The notes under the pieces: model-generated
Told to the model about the DNA's origin: nothing
The model's database searches: none
Seen by the model: the letters and a program-made list of their open reading frames with translations, nothing else
In this document: positions 1-13,239 of the stretch, piece after piece
How positions within the stretch are numbered: position 1 is the first letter of the stretch
How the letters are laid out: each line of letters begins with the position of its first letter
Made by a program: the position numbers and the translations under genes
Assembly: GCF_006345805.1 (NCBI RefSeq)
Contig: NC_043000.1
Location: 63,612,001-63,676,000 of the forward strand
From: Octopus sinensis
Taxonomy: Eukaryota
DNA: 64,000 bases
Direction: 5' to 3'

Positions 1-732
1 AAATTAATAAAGTTCATTTTTTCCTATGTTAAAGAACTTCAATAAAATCAAAATCGATCGCTAAAATTTAAATTGCACTTTCATACTTTTTCATTACTTT
101 TTAGAAATAAGATCAAACCCCAACTTACCAGTCAACGATAAAAATTGTCAAAACAAACACTTGACAGATTCCCCCCAAAATTTACTATTCAACGATTTTA
201 TATTGAAAGAATAATGCAAAATTTAGGTAATTTATCTCATTACTCAGTCCGCTATATTTCATTATTGTGACTTACAAAATCAACCTCAGAATATTTGGTA
301 TTAGGGTCAGAACAAAAGACAATATAATTCATAACAAAAAAAGGACAGAAGATGAAATCAAAGCTGTAAAATTTGGAGAAATTTGAATTTCATCTGAAAG
401 CACTGTTTATTGACAATGATTAAGAACTGGTGTTTTAGCACGTAACGTTATTTTTAAACATTAATAATAAAAAAAAATTTGAAGTTACTACTTTTAGAAA
501 ATTGAAAGAAATCGAAGTTCAATCATGCATTTTTATTTGATTTTCATAAAAATCAAAATTTCAGGAATTGATTTTAAGCCAAATTTTAAACTTTTTGAAA
601 AATTAATTATTAAGTATTAAAAACAATTAATCGTCATGATTCAGTTTAAGCAGAATATTCTAGGGTGATGAGTTAACACAATCATTAGAGCATCAAACAA
701 AACGCCTTCGTCGTTATTTAGTTACGGCATGT

Positions 733-801
<69 letters not shown>
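733..801. repeat. (TC)n(TA)n compound microsatellite
   Basis: Read directly; explains ORF 729..929. Confidence 0.95.
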
Positions 802-802
<1 letters not shown>

Positions 803-805
<3 letters not shown>

Positions 806-1190
806 CGAGTTCAAGTCCTGCCGAGGTCAGTTTGACTTTCATTTATCCAAGCTCGATAAAATGAAAAGACCTGTCCAGTCAAATACTGGTGTTGATGTAA
901 CTGTTTATAATTTCTCCTCAAAATTTTAGGTATAATGCCAAAGAAAGAAATCGATATTGGGTAATATTCCTGGGCGATGGATTGATAATAACGTTAGACA
1001 AACGAATAAAATGCGTCATGGTACTTCGTAACAACACTCTGCGTTCCGAGTTCAAACTTTACTGAGGTCAACTTTACTTTTCATTCCTTCGGGCTGGAAA
1101 AATAGAATGCTAGTCAAGAAATGAGTCAAATTTAATCGACTAACACCCACCATTACTGAATTTGTGACGTTGTACCCACGTTAGAAATCA
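803..1190 (+). mobile_element. Two degraded tandem copies of tRNA-derived SINE family B
   Basis: B-box-like gagttcaa followed by gaggtc(g/a)actt...tttcat; matches the better copy at 8616-8826. Confidence 0.75.
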
Positions 1191-2379
1191 CTATTTTGGA
1201 GTATTCTAGGACGAGTTAGTATCATCTTTGACAAAGTGCTGGGCTGAATGTTTTCAGATTTGGTTACTATTCATTACTTTCGGAAGTCAAATCTTGCCAA
1301 AGTCGATAGAATAGGTGCCAATGATTTAATCGATTGCATCTGTTCTTGATGTAGTTGCCTATTTGTACCAACATTATAAAACAATATATTGGAATACGTT
1401 TTAATTATTCAAAGCATCATGTCGTTCCGAAACTGCAATTCTCAACTGTTGTCAGTCTATTTTACTTACATTTCAAATGACTCGGAGAAAAAGATGATCG
1501 CCACAAATTCAAATTTCTATTCTCGTCTCTAAAGATATTTTGCTAACACTGAGCAATTTTACATATTCATATAGAGAGAATGTCTATTTTAACTTGATAG
1601 TCAACCATATTGGTTGAGAACCAAATACAAGTGGAGCGTACTAATCTCAGCAGAAGAAAACTCAACAATGTGGAAGAGAGTTAATCACAGTGGAAGCAAA
1701 GTAACTTCTACCTGAAGTGAATTAATTAACTCTACTAAATAGATACGAAGCTTAAATTAGTTCGAATATCGAGAATTTTCATTTTGTTTTTTAAAGAATT
1801 ACTTCTATTTCCTAATTAAAAGGATTCAATCCTTCGTGAAATTATAAAGGCAAATTGCTTCGAGTTGTTTTCATCCATGTTGTTTATATTAAAACGTTAT
1901 TTTATGACGTTTTAATATAAACGCTATAAAATTTCTTCTGCATAGAATATTTGTGGAGTTTTATCAATGTAAGCAATCTGTAGGAAATTGTTATAGAACT
2001 TGGTACTTCTGAGACAGCATTTGTTCGACTATATCAATAAAATATTTTTTATAAGATTCATGTAAGTACTGATTCGAATCTTTGGTTATTCCTTGCTGAC
2101 ATAGTGGCGAGATTCGATAAACCATCAGGTCATTGAAACATTTGAATGCTAAGTTATATGTCCAAATATTCGAAAATATTTGGTAATATATTTAGAGTAT
2201 AAGTGCAGTATTGCCGAATGATTAAAAAGTTCGGTTCGCGTTTCCTCAAGATCCCACAGGATGGCATGACATCCTGAATAAATACCATTTTCTATAGCCT
2301 CGAGTCGACCCAAACTGTATGAGTGAAATTCTGTAGAAACCTATTTCGAAGCCTAACAGATGGATTATACCAACAATTC

Positions 2380-2520
2380 GAAGTACAACTTTGCTACACG
2401 CTATGTCATGCTGATTCTGTCAGAGAATTACACTGGGGGTGTATAATGTGGAATGTTAGGTTAATTCAGATGCAGGTAACTCAGTTGATCGAACAACTAA
2501 ATCTTTATCGTCGAACGTCG
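2380..2520 (+). mobile_element. Degraded 3' part of SINE family C
   Basis: Reverse-complement similarity to 45053-45363 (gttgatcg...atcgtcg end). Confidence 0.5.
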
Positions 2521-2763
2521 GAAATCCTTCATCACATATCTAAGATAAGCTAACCAAATATTACCCAGCTTCCTCCAAGAAGCTCTCTTTGCAACCAGCT
2601 AGTTTCAAGTTTAATCTCACTGCGTAGTATCTCGAACATGTGTCTTGTACTATGGCTTCGAATGACAAAGGCCTTGTGAGTTAAATTTGGAAATCGGAAA
2701 ATATGTAGGAGAAACCAGTCAGAGGAATTGTTTGTTTCTTGAGTGGTAAACTTGATCCGTTAC

Positions 2764-2917
2764 CTGAATTCCACAGCCTGTCTCTTGAGCACCTTTCACA
2801 GAGTATACACTCTGGTCAGATCCTTTGATTGAAGACGAATTCATCCTTTTTTTCCTCCCACCAGAGTCAGGGTATCTGGGAAAGATCAGAGACTCTGCCC
2901 TTCCTCTTCTGACAAGT
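2764..2917 (-). other. Candidate internal exon (154 nt)
   Basis: Minus strand: polypyrimidine tract ttttattttcatttttacaaag acceptor, one open frame (LVRRGRAESLIFPRYPDSGGRKKR...GCGIQ), donor cag|gtaacg; locally GC-richer. No recognised homology. Confidence 0.25.
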
Positions 2918-3167
2918 CTTTGTAAAAATGAAAATAAAAAGGGTGTACCCATCGTCGAATTTGAAATCAATATTGAAAGCTAATGAAATATCCTTAAATC
3001 TGCACTTACGCACAATATTTACAATTAGGAAAACTGCACTATCTTATTTTAAGTGCCTTAGCCTCGAAACAAAATAACACAGGTGGTGTAATAAAAATTG
3101 TTGAAAATTCGACGGAAATTCCTATCGTACTCCAAAATTGAGTCGCACTTGAAATCACTCAAACAAT

Positions 3168-3345
3168 GAGGGAAGCGCTACATGACCACGCGATCTGTTA
3201 GAAATAGCATCCAAATCTCTCCAATCTTACCGTACAATCTTATAAAAAGTACACATTGGATATTGTAAGCCATCAAAGGCGAGATGATCATGTCGGGAAT
3301 GCCTTTGATTACAGGTCTACTCAAGGGAGTTAAACAACAAAAAGC
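3168..3345 (+). repeat. Dispersed repeat family D (unclassified, ~180-200 bp)
   Basis: Motif tagaaatagcatccaaatctc...caaaggc...ttaaacaaca recurs at about 3830-4032(-), 6190-6385, 10070-10265(-), 12030-12200 and 27340-27490. Confidence 0.65.
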
Positions 3346-4515
3346 ATTAATAACAGCAACAATGAGACTGTTCACTTTCTCGGCCGAGTTTCCTTTAGAA
3401 AAATCAAAATATATTGATAGAATCTTTAGACATACCATTAGACAAAACTGAAAGAAACGTGCGGCATCTTATTGTAGATGATATCCTTGAAAATATTGAT
3501 TTTATTTCCACACATGACATTTCCTTAGGACATCTCCATAGAAACGTTTTTCTATTCCTTAAAACCCCATTGAAACTCTGAAATGATTAAGAGTCATACC
3601 GTCTCTCTTGGAATCGATCAGTAAATGAACATTTTAAGAACGTTGTCTCAATGATAAGTCTTCTTCCTTAGCACTTGCCTATCGTATAATCGATAATTAT
3701 GTGCGAATGTTTATTAATAGTAACTTCTGCGTTTATCAATGTCCAGAAACAATCAAGGAAGTCATTAACGAAAACAATGCACGAAAATATAGTCTTATAA
3801 CATTGTTACTTATAAGAATCCCAGTTGTTGCTGTTGCTATTTAGCCCAAGGATAGCATTGATCAGAGGTTTTCCAACCGTGACTGTCCTGTAATTTTCTG
3901 TTAGAAATACTGTATCTGTATCAAACTCAGCATACATTATATGTATCATTTTTCATTAAGACAGTCGGATGAGATTTAAGAAAATTTGACTCCTACATAT
4001 AGCAGATTGAGCTATCACGTGAAGGCTCCTCTTGTATCAGTAGACATGTTGCTGAATAACATGCCACAAGTTCGATCGATCAAATTCCGTCATTAGCAAT
4101 GCAATATGTTTATGACCAAAGCATTAAGCTTCCATCAGCGCAATCTATCTGATTGTAAATATGTACCACATGCCAACAATATTATTACTGTAAGCAGTGG
4201 TAAAAATTAAAAAATTAACAGCGATTTATTAGCTTATCGTCCTGGTGTTGTGCGATCAAATAGGCCTCGACGATGATAGAATCGTTCACGCCAAAGCCCT
4301 GAAACATCTTATTTCGTTACCATAACAACCAGTATAAAATCAATATTAATAAACAGTAGATGTTGTGAATGAAAATGGGGTAAAAAGTAACCTAATGGAT
4401 TCTTTTATGTCTATTTTAACGTTCATTTATTAACTTCTTCAACGATCATTAATCGGATATAAAAATTCAGTTAGTAAACACTATTAACCTAACATAAAGC
4501 ATTCACTTCCTACAG

Positions 4516-4698
4516 TTAGTGATATCGATTTCCAGTACAATAAAAAAAATCTCTTCTTGTAAACCATCCGAAAGTAACACATTAAATATCTCTGACAGGC
4601 CAGCACAAACGTCATTGAAGAGCTTCTTAAACGAAACAGAGAGGTTACGAAAATCTAATGTTAATTCAGGAAAGTTTAAGCAGTTAACAAACATATAA
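4516..4698 (+). other. Candidate terminal exon
   Basis: ctaac branch-like motif and ttcacttcctacag acceptor, 60 open codons to TAA 4696-4698, AATAAA at 4781. No homology recognised. Confidence 0.2.
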
Positions 4699-5390
4699 TG
4701 ATTATTACAGCATTTAACGGAGAGGGAATGCAGTTCTCGTGACGGAAGGTCACCAAGCTTGTAACAATTTGTATGTAGCAAATAAATGAGGGGAAAATAT
4801 TTATTGGTTAAAATATCCTTTTATTTTTATCGTTACAATGTAAGATACAACTTCTCCGAGTTGTTATACACATATTTGCGCGTTCTGTTATCCATTCAGT
4901 AGATAGTTGAGTTTATCTTTTGTTAGCTGCTAAAAGAACGGATGAAAGAAGAAAAGAGAAAAATAAAAAAAGATTTACCTCCGTTTGTTGGTTGACAAGT
5001 AGCGAGTGTGAGAGTTGAGTCGTCGCGTGTTAATAGGCCATATATGAAATGCTCCCTTAGACCAATGGACAAGCGAAAAGAGAAATAGAACCGAATTCGG
5101 GTTCCGTATTATAGTTTTTCTAATTAAATTAGGTCTGGCTAAGCAAAGGCTGTTTTGTCTTCTATCTGCCTTGTCCTAAGATTATAGGATAACAGTTAAC
5201 ATCCATTCATTTTTGCAAAAGCCGAGAACAATAGGAAAGATAAAATGTAGGCTAAGTTTCGTACCTTGGGGGGGGGGGGGATACAGGAAGCTCTTCGTTA
5301 CAAAGGTATTTTCCGATTCGTTTTGCCTAATATATTTTACAAAATGAAAGCAAAGGGTTTATTTATTATAATACAGGCTTCTTCTTCTTC

Positions 5391-5429
<39 letters not shown>

Positions 5430-5540
5430 TCCTTCTCCTCCTCCTCCTCCTCCTCCTCCATCAGAAACATCGATAGCGAGATTGAGCCTTGGCTCTTCGT
5501 CACCTTTGTGGAACGGTACTGGTTGGTAGTAGGAATGGAT

Positions 5541-7690
5541 GGGATCTTTTCTTTTTGAAAGCCAGATTTTTCAGATTTTTCTAGTTAACTAAATAATTTG
5601 AAACTTCGTATACTGGTAGAATGTGTCAAAAGAAAATAATAATTTCAACTAGTTTTTTTGACAAAAATGTATTTTATAAGTTTAAACGTAGTTTAAATCT
5701 GCGAATTTTAACCAATCGCATTCTCTGTATTGAGTTGAAATTATTTGCCCCGTCTAAACATATTGTTACTGTAACGTAAACAGCTGTTTTGTGACGTAGT
5801 TAACGTAAACAGCTAAATTCTTTTTGAAATTAGTGTTTAAATTATTTTCCATTGTTTGCATTGCTTTATAGAACTTGAAAGTTATTCGTTTTGTATAAAA
5901 TTATTATTTGTTTCGTCTTCAATAAATATATATGTGCACAACAAACGTGCCTACACCCGTACTGTTTACTTTGGATAAATAATAAACACATATTCAGTGT
6001 TTTTGTATAGGCTTCGGGTGTTTTCTCTATACAATGTATATAATTACTATAAACTTGTGCACACGCTTTGATTCTTCAGTTTGACACACGCCTTGAACCG
6101 GTTATTTGGCTTGTATGCACCCACATACACACACGTACCCATCCATACGCATACTCGCACATAATCAGGGCCCCTCTGCGTTTTCGCTCGTCGATGTGCT
6201 AGGAATAACACCCAAATCCCCTTAAAACCATATACTACTGGGTTAAAGGAAGGGTACATTGGCTAATATAATCATAGATGCTATATCTGAAAAAAAGGGG
6301 GGGCACAAAAATACGGGTTGGTCATAGTTGGAACCCTTTGATCCTCAACCGGGTTTATCAGGATGACCTGAGTTAAATAACAATAACAATATATTTGTAA
6401 TATTGATTATAGACACAAAGCATATATTTTGGGGTGAGTGGAGGGTATAATCATTTATATTGATCTCCAATACTTGATCGATGTATTTTCTCGACCGTGG
6501 AAGAACAGACGGCTTGTTTTGAATTCCGGTGAGGGTTGAAACCCGAACGTATAGGACCGTATCCCTAAACATTCTAACAGTCCTTTACCAAGCCCTTGTC
6601 AGTATGTAATATCATCTGATCCACATTATCTCTCTATTATTTGTCCACGCGTAAAAATATATCATCAAGGTGACATAGTTAAACTTCGACGAAAAATATA
6701 ATGTAAAGCTGGCAGAATCGGTGGTGCATCGGATAAAATGACTAGCGTCATTTCTTACGAATCTTTACGTTCCGTGTTCGAATATTGCTGAGCTTTCCTT
6801 CTTTCGGGCGGCGCTTATAGAATAAGTACCAGTTGAATACAATCGACTAGTTCTTCCCATCAGCTTCAGGCCTTGTACTTACTGGGGAAAGAAATATTAT
6901 TAAGGAAGGGGGTGGGGCAAGCTGGCAGAATCGTTCGTGCGTCGGACAAAATACCTTGTGGCATTTCTTCCGACTCCTCACGTTACCGTCGTCGTCGACT
7001 TTACCTTTCATGATCAATTAAGTACCAGTCAATGTAATCGATTAACCCCTCCTCCCAAATTGTTGGTCTTGTGTCAAAATTTTGTGCAATTTTATTTTTT
7101 ATATCGAAACTAAATATATAGTTTTAGCTCTCAAGGTGAACTCCAAGCAATTACCTATGATGAAAGGTATTCTAGGTTTGACCATCCCAAGTGTGACACC
7201 TACTCCAAAGGCACGATGAAGTGGTGGGCAGTTAAAATGTTTCAAAACGTGGATTTTTCAGAAAAATAAGATTTAATGCGAATTACATGTATTTTAGAGT
7301 GACGAAAATTACCGAAACCCCTCCAAAAATTTACCATCGAAATTTCATTTTATTCTCCACAGCTATTTCGAAAGCCCGCCGTATTTTTTTTATTATTCTG
7401 TCTGTTTAGGACTTTGTTATATGGGACGGTGATGTTTACATTTTAGCTATGTTAACTACGTCACAAAATAGCTGTTTACGTCACAGTAACAATATTTTGA
7501 GAAGCAGTAAATAATATGAGGCCGAAAGAAAGAATATCATTGGTTAAAATTCGAATTTTTAAACAACGTTAAACTTAGAAATTACAATTCCGTTTTCATT
7601 TTGGTTTACAATTATGTTTTCTTTTGACACATTCTACCAGTATACGAAGTTTCAAATTGTTTAGTTAACTAGGAAAATCTGGCTTTCAAA
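5541..7690. mobile_element. Non-autonomous foldback/MITE-like DNA element with ~260 bp imperfect terminal inverted repeats
   Basis: 5553-5818 is the reverse complement of ~7440-7691 (e.g. tttgaaacttcgtatactggtagaatgtgtcaaaag / cttttgacacattctaccagtatacgaagtttcaaa); aggaatgg at 5531 and 7691 is a possible TSD; no transposase ORF inside. Confidence 0.8.
6708..7085 (+). mobile_element. Two tandem SINE family B copies nested in the foldback element
   Basis: agctggcagaatcg head at about 6708 and 6920, taagtaccag core in both. Confidence 0.8.
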
Positions 7691-7691
7691 A

Positions 7692-8530
7692 GGAATGGTC
7701 GGGAGAAATCTATATGAGGTTGCAATTCCTGATGACTCGAAAACCACAAAGCTATCTTGGAAAGGAAAGTAATTAAACTCGCAGATAGAAAGTTCAGTTG
7801 CTATATGTGTGGCGGCAAGAGACACTTGAGGGCTTACTATACAGAGGAGCTGGAGAAGCAGCGAAACAAAGAAAATGGTCAACAGCAAAAGTAGTAACAC
7901 CAACACTAACACCAACAACAACAGCAGCAGCAGCAGTAACAACAATATCAACGACAACGGTGACAACGACGACAAGCCACAGAAACTGTTGTTTTCAGAG
8001 TACCATGCTCGCAACTCCGAAAGTGGTTGCCTTCAATGCTAGGAGTCGACCACCAAGAAGTCGAGAGAGAGCCTTCTAAGAGTACCATTCTATTGTCTCG
8101 TGATAACAGGTAGAAAATGGAGGCTAAGAAGGAGAGGGAAATTGTCGCCGATGCTACAAGAAACACAAAAGAAAAGGAAATTGAGCTCTAAGTCGAAGAT
8201 TTGTAACACTATGTAGAGGAAACCACCATACTCACATCTGGGATGACTTGAGATTCACAGTTGTTTGAATGGCCTTTAAGAAAATTAAGATGTGCTGATT
8301 TAGGACGAGGAAACAAGACTGGAATTCAAAACTATAACTAAAAACAATGCCGATAGTCGGTGGTCACCTGAAACAGAACGTAAGGTGCTTCTTGTTACGT
8401 TCAACAAAGTACCTATGTGCACGAGTACTTTTAGTTATATCAGTTCGCAGTTCCAAGGTTGAAAAGCGATCCGATTTATGGACTACTATGATCCGGCCTA
8501 TTTGGCAGCCGCTTCGCCATTGCATACAGG
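7692..8530 (+). pseudogene. Degraded gag/ORF1-like remnant with CCHC knuckle
   Basis: About 7780-7850 translates KLADRKFSCYMCGGKRHLRAYY (CX2CX4HX4C with last C->Y), followed by low-complexity and charged sequence with stops. Confidence 0.4.
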
Positions 8531-8615
8531 TGGTTTATTCTTATTTTCTTTATTTGTTATTTATTTGTACTTTATTTGCATTTGTTTTATTAATATTTAT
8601 GTATTTTTTTATCAA

Positions 8616-8826
8616 GGCGGTGAGCTGGCAGAATCGTTAGCATGCCAGGCAAAATGCGTAGCGCCATTTCGTCCGTCTTTACGTTCTGAGTTCAAATTTC
8701 GCCGAGATCGACTTTGCCTTTGAAGATCGATAAAATAAGTACCAGTTAAATATTGGTATCAACGTAATCGGCTTGCAACCCCATCCGCTCCGAAATTGCT
8801 CGCCTTGTGCCAAAATTTGAAACCAA
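8616..8826 (+). mobile_element. SINE family B, well preserved (tRNA-derived head)
   Basis: ggcggtgagctggcagaatcgttagc A-box region, gagttcaaattt B box; flanking direct repeat aatatttatgtattt at 8592 and 8825. Confidence 0.9.
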
Positions 8827-9193
8827 TATTTATGTATTTATTTGTGCATTTTGTTCAACTTTATGTATGCCTTAATAAATTATATATCGTTTTTGCCCCA
8901 CCTCTCATTTTAATGATTATGTGTGTACATTTCCACATAACCATTTTCTTTAACACGTTGTTGCATGAACACTGAGCACTTGTGGCAAAAACATTGAAAA
9001 CTTTATAATTTACCCAATATTTCTACAGTTCTAACGGCGTTTCTGCGTTCGATAATAAATTATCATCGTACTTGTATCTTACAATACATATTTCGACGCT
9101 TATAAAAACAAATGTTAGTTTGTTTATATTTATATACACCTAGTTGTGCATTTAACTTTACTGCGTTTAAAATTGCGCATTAATTCGTCAGCG

Positions 9194-9266
9194 GGCAGTT
9201 TAGCTTAATGGTAATGCTCTCAACTGGAGTCTTCGAGGGATGCGGGTTTGAGTACCATGGCTGTTT
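9194..9266 (+). pseudogene. tRNA-like sequence (pseudogene or isolated SINE head)
   Basis: A box tagcttaatggt, degenerate B box ggtttgagtacc, wobble-rich acceptor stem ggcagtt/ggctgtt, 73 nt; anticodon arm does not fold cleanly. Confidence 0.4.
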
Positions 9267-10624
9267 GTTGACAAATTTTTTCGCTTTGCCAGGGTAATTT
9301 ACCCAATATTTCTGTTGTTCTAACGGAGTTCGAAAATAAATTATTATCTTATAATTAGCAGTTTCCGTCATGAGCATTAGTGCTGGCCTAAATGCATGAC
9401 AGTATTTAGATAAATCTTTTTACGCTTTGAGTTCGAATCTTACCAAGAGCGGTAAATTATGTGTTATTCAAGTTCTGATTAGATGTAATCGATTGTCCTC
9501 CTCCTAAATATCTAGTCTTGTGTTAGAAATTTATATTTTTCGTTTTCTTTTTACAATACAGTTCTCTCATCTATTACCATATTTCAGCAACATACGCGGA
9601 AAATAATTATATTTTATTTCATTCAACGTTAAGGCCATACTTTTACACTGGACATGTACGGCGATCAGGTCAGAAAAAATACGGAAGCAGTCGTCTAGAA
9701 AGAAATATATCTACACGCGGTGCTAGGCGAAGAGATTAAATCAAATAAATAGCTCGTGTGGAAATATTGGAATAAATTAGGTTCGTAAGGTATAAATTAA
9801 CATCCTCTGGAAATAAGAAATTATTAGAACCACGCATCAATCATTATATCACATTGTAAATACACAACTGCACATCATTATAGCGCACTTCTGCACTAAA
9901 GCTGTAATGTATATTCAAAACCATAATATATATTCATATTATCTGCTAGTAATGAAAGCAAGCTATAGCAAGGGGTAAATGACTCCGTAGAAATTTCTGT
10001 GACGTCATAGGTTGAAATAATCATAAACAGACCATAAACTGACATTTGCAGTATCTTAATATTGTAGCTGTTTAAGCCTATGTCATACTTGTTTTAAGAA
10101 AATCTATATTCATCACCATTCCTGTTATGACATTCCTATTTGTATTTAGTCATAATATATCCAGTACAACACCATTCAATGTGTCTTTTCTTTTTTAAAT
10201 AGTAAGAGTTATGAGGGAGATTTAGCTTCCATTTCTACCAGATCAAGCGACCACCTAAAGGCTTATTGGCTGCTCGCAGAGTCTTAGTTTTCCTCCTATG
10301 TAGATTGATCACAAATCTGTGGCTTTTCTCTTTATTTATCACCAAATCAAGTTTTCCCGATATAGAAATCAACGTCAAGGTACTTTGAAACGTTCCATGT
10401 CCTTGTGTGGAACTAATATAAAATTGCTAGATCCAATATAAATTTCAGCATTTACATAGGCTACAAGGCTATTACCCGAGTTGCCTAAGACAAACTTGAA
10501 AATTGGCTAAAGGCATTTTGTTTCGTATGTTTGTATCGGTTTAGGCATTCCCGTCCGTGACTAGGTCTCATATATGTGAATCATTACGATTTCAGTCATT
10601 ACCTATCTTCTTTTATCTTATATT

Positions 10625-10972
10625 TCAGTCATTAGTTTACAACTATTCTCGTTCATTGCCTTGAATTTTTTTTGTTTTAGTCGAACGAATTGATCCCAGT
10701 ACAATTTTTTTTAAAGCTTAATACTTTTTGGTCTCTTTTCCCGAAACCCTAAGTTACGGGGACGTAAATAAACCAATATCAGTTGTCAAGCGGTTAAACA
10801 TAGACACAAAGACGCGCGCACAAACACAAACACACACACATATATGTATATTACGACGCGTTTCTCTCAGTTTCCTTCAACTAAATCCATTCACAGGGCT
10901 ACATACAGAGAGACTGAACTCGGAATCATGTTGTTGGAAAGCAAGCTACTTACCACATAGCCACGCCTGCGC
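10625..10972 (-). mobile_element. SINE family A (tRNA head + CORE-like domain + internal microsatellite)
   Basis: Similar to 41420-41826 and 53236-53639, with an internal deletion. Confidence 0.85.
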
Positions 10973-11390
10973 CATATGTGAGTATTTTACTCAGAAACCT
11001 GAACAGAAACCTGAACACACGCAAAAGGATTTTATGGCAAGTTGTTATTCGCATCATGTAAACATCGATAACTCAAAGTCCAGATTCGTTGACTGGCCTC
11101 AATGTTTATGAAAACAGTTAAAATAATAAATAGGAAGCTGCAACTTCAGAGAGGGACCTTTGGAGATTATCAACTAGACATGGGTGACAGACCAGATCAT
11201 TATACATATAGTAGAGTTTCAAACACGTAATATAGTAAGTTGAAGATTTTGATTAACTGAGATTAGCTATGTAATTAATAGACAAAATTTCCCTCTAGGG
11301 ATAGCTACAATCTAAAAACAACAACGAAGAAAGGTAACTTCAATAAGATTATGTAATTAAAGTTTTTGGAAAATAAAGACGATACAGATG

Positions 11391-11447
11391 GGAGTGGAGA
11401 CATGTTTCGGTCTTATTAGACCTCCTCCGATAAGCATATTCTACTCC
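11391..11447 (-). ncRNA. Degenerate minimal hammerhead ribozyme motif
   Basis: Minus: CGGAGGA GGTCT aata AGACC GAAACATGTC; stem II and palindromic stem III intact, U4 mutated, stem I displaced. Confidence 0.45.
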
Positions 11448-12752
11448 GTTGGAAAGATTTAAAAAGGCTCGTTATATAGATAAAAATTGAGGCTATGTAA
11501 TGACACGCATGATGAATATCTTTAATATGGTTGAGAGAAGTACTTTAGGAGAGCGTTCGGCGTACAAAATACACGCTCTTGTAATATAGTTGCATATAAT
11601 ATAGCGAGTTGAAACCTTCACATATGTGAGATTATCCATGCAAATGATTAACAAAAACTTCATCTAAGCATTTTAAAATTTAAAATGCTTGTTGGAGATA
11701 ACTTCTATAAGATCAGCCGACGACCATCGTAGAGTAATTGGGTAGCTCATAGAAAACTAAAACAATTATCTGTCAACTGCTAATTGGTTCAACTACAGCT
11801 CTTTCACTCACATGGCTAATTACTTGTAAGGTTAAGACGTAGAGGTAAGCAACTTACTTTATCTCCTGTTCTGACGTTAATTAAATATATGAAGAGTTGG
11901 TGATGCCTGCGATCATAGAAGATAATCCAGTTGAATCATCATCCTAATATGTGATAAAAAATTATTATCGTTTTTAATAAATATACAAATTGGCAGAACA
12001 TCATCAAGATAACGAGTCTCTGTGTAGTCGTTTGAACTACTAAAAACAGCAGCCAAAAAATCCCTTAGCTCAAACTCTACAGTCATTACAAAAGAAAGAC
12101 ACATTCGTTTATGTCATACGAGACAAAAAAAAAGATTTGTTAGCAAAAGACGGAATAATTTTAATCATAGGTCTCCTTGTCAACGGTTGACGTAGGGCTA
12201 AACAGCATCAGCAGCAACAACTAAACGGTTAAGTTCATATCCCACGATCTTCCCAGTATCTCTGGCCAAGACACCTTTTGTTTGCTCAGTCTACTTAATT
12301 GCATATAAATAATATAAAAGGTACATCGCATTATGCCATGACTGCAAATATATTTAAACATTACCTTGTTCAATATTCTTGCTTAGCTGCAAGTCAGTCC
12401 TGACTAAGCAAACTTCTTATCAAAGGAATTCCATTCGTAATTCTTCCGCCTTCTTTATATTTTACGAACTACATTATCTAATATTATAATACCTTTTTAA
12501 GACGGGGCTTCGGGGGGACTTTTAAAAGCGACCACACACATATCTTCTTGTTAGTTAATTCGTAATTCGTTGGTTAGCACACACACACACACACACGCAC
12601 ATACAATTATTTAAGAAATTACAGAGTTTATTTGTAGTGTGTGTGTATATATCTATATCTATATATATATATACATATACATACATATATATGTATATAT
12701 ATATATGTATATATATATAGGGAGATGTACTCGCATAGCAAGTAATATATAT

Positions 12753-12801
<49 letters not shown>

Positions 12802-12805
12802 TATA

Positions 12806-13008
12806 TATAAAGTTAATCCAAACAAGAAAGCACAAAAAAACACAACAACGCGAGGACGTGGAACAAATATAGTATTATTGGACGCTCAGGAAAGAAGGAA
12901 AGCAGGGTTTAACGTTTTGAGCGGAGCACTTTGTCGGAAACATAGGAGAAGGAAAGACCCAGAGAAGGGAAAACAGAGGGAAAAAAATCGGCAACGGTAC
13001 ACACGAGG

Positions 13009-13010
<2 letters not shown>
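12806..13010 (-). mobile_element. PLE-type terminal fragment in a TA/CA microsatellite, with decayed hammerhead (12907-12941)
   Basis: Minus: gttt CCGACAA agtgc tcc gctc AAAACGTT aaac is a mutated CTGACGA...GAAACGTT. Confidence 0.5.
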
Positions 13011-13070
<60 letters not shown>

Positions 13071-13239
13071 GTATGTATGTGTGTATGTATGTATGTATGT
13101 ATGTACATACAGACGGGGTTCTTTTTGCCAGAAAAGCAACTTTTAATCCTTAAATACTCATATGACACACGTTAATCATTTGCCGTTGCATAATCATAAA
13201 CAGTTTCTAAGAACACCTGATATTACTAACCGTCGTATT

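Noticed and set aside
3178-3438. ORF resembling an RT fragment (YFDFSK...GEIWMLFLTDR)
   Set aside because: The DNA is a copy of non-coding repeat family D seen several times in the window; the resemblance is coincidental.
5267-5280. Poly-G run
   Set aside because: Isolated homopolymer with no supporting context; its length is unreliable.
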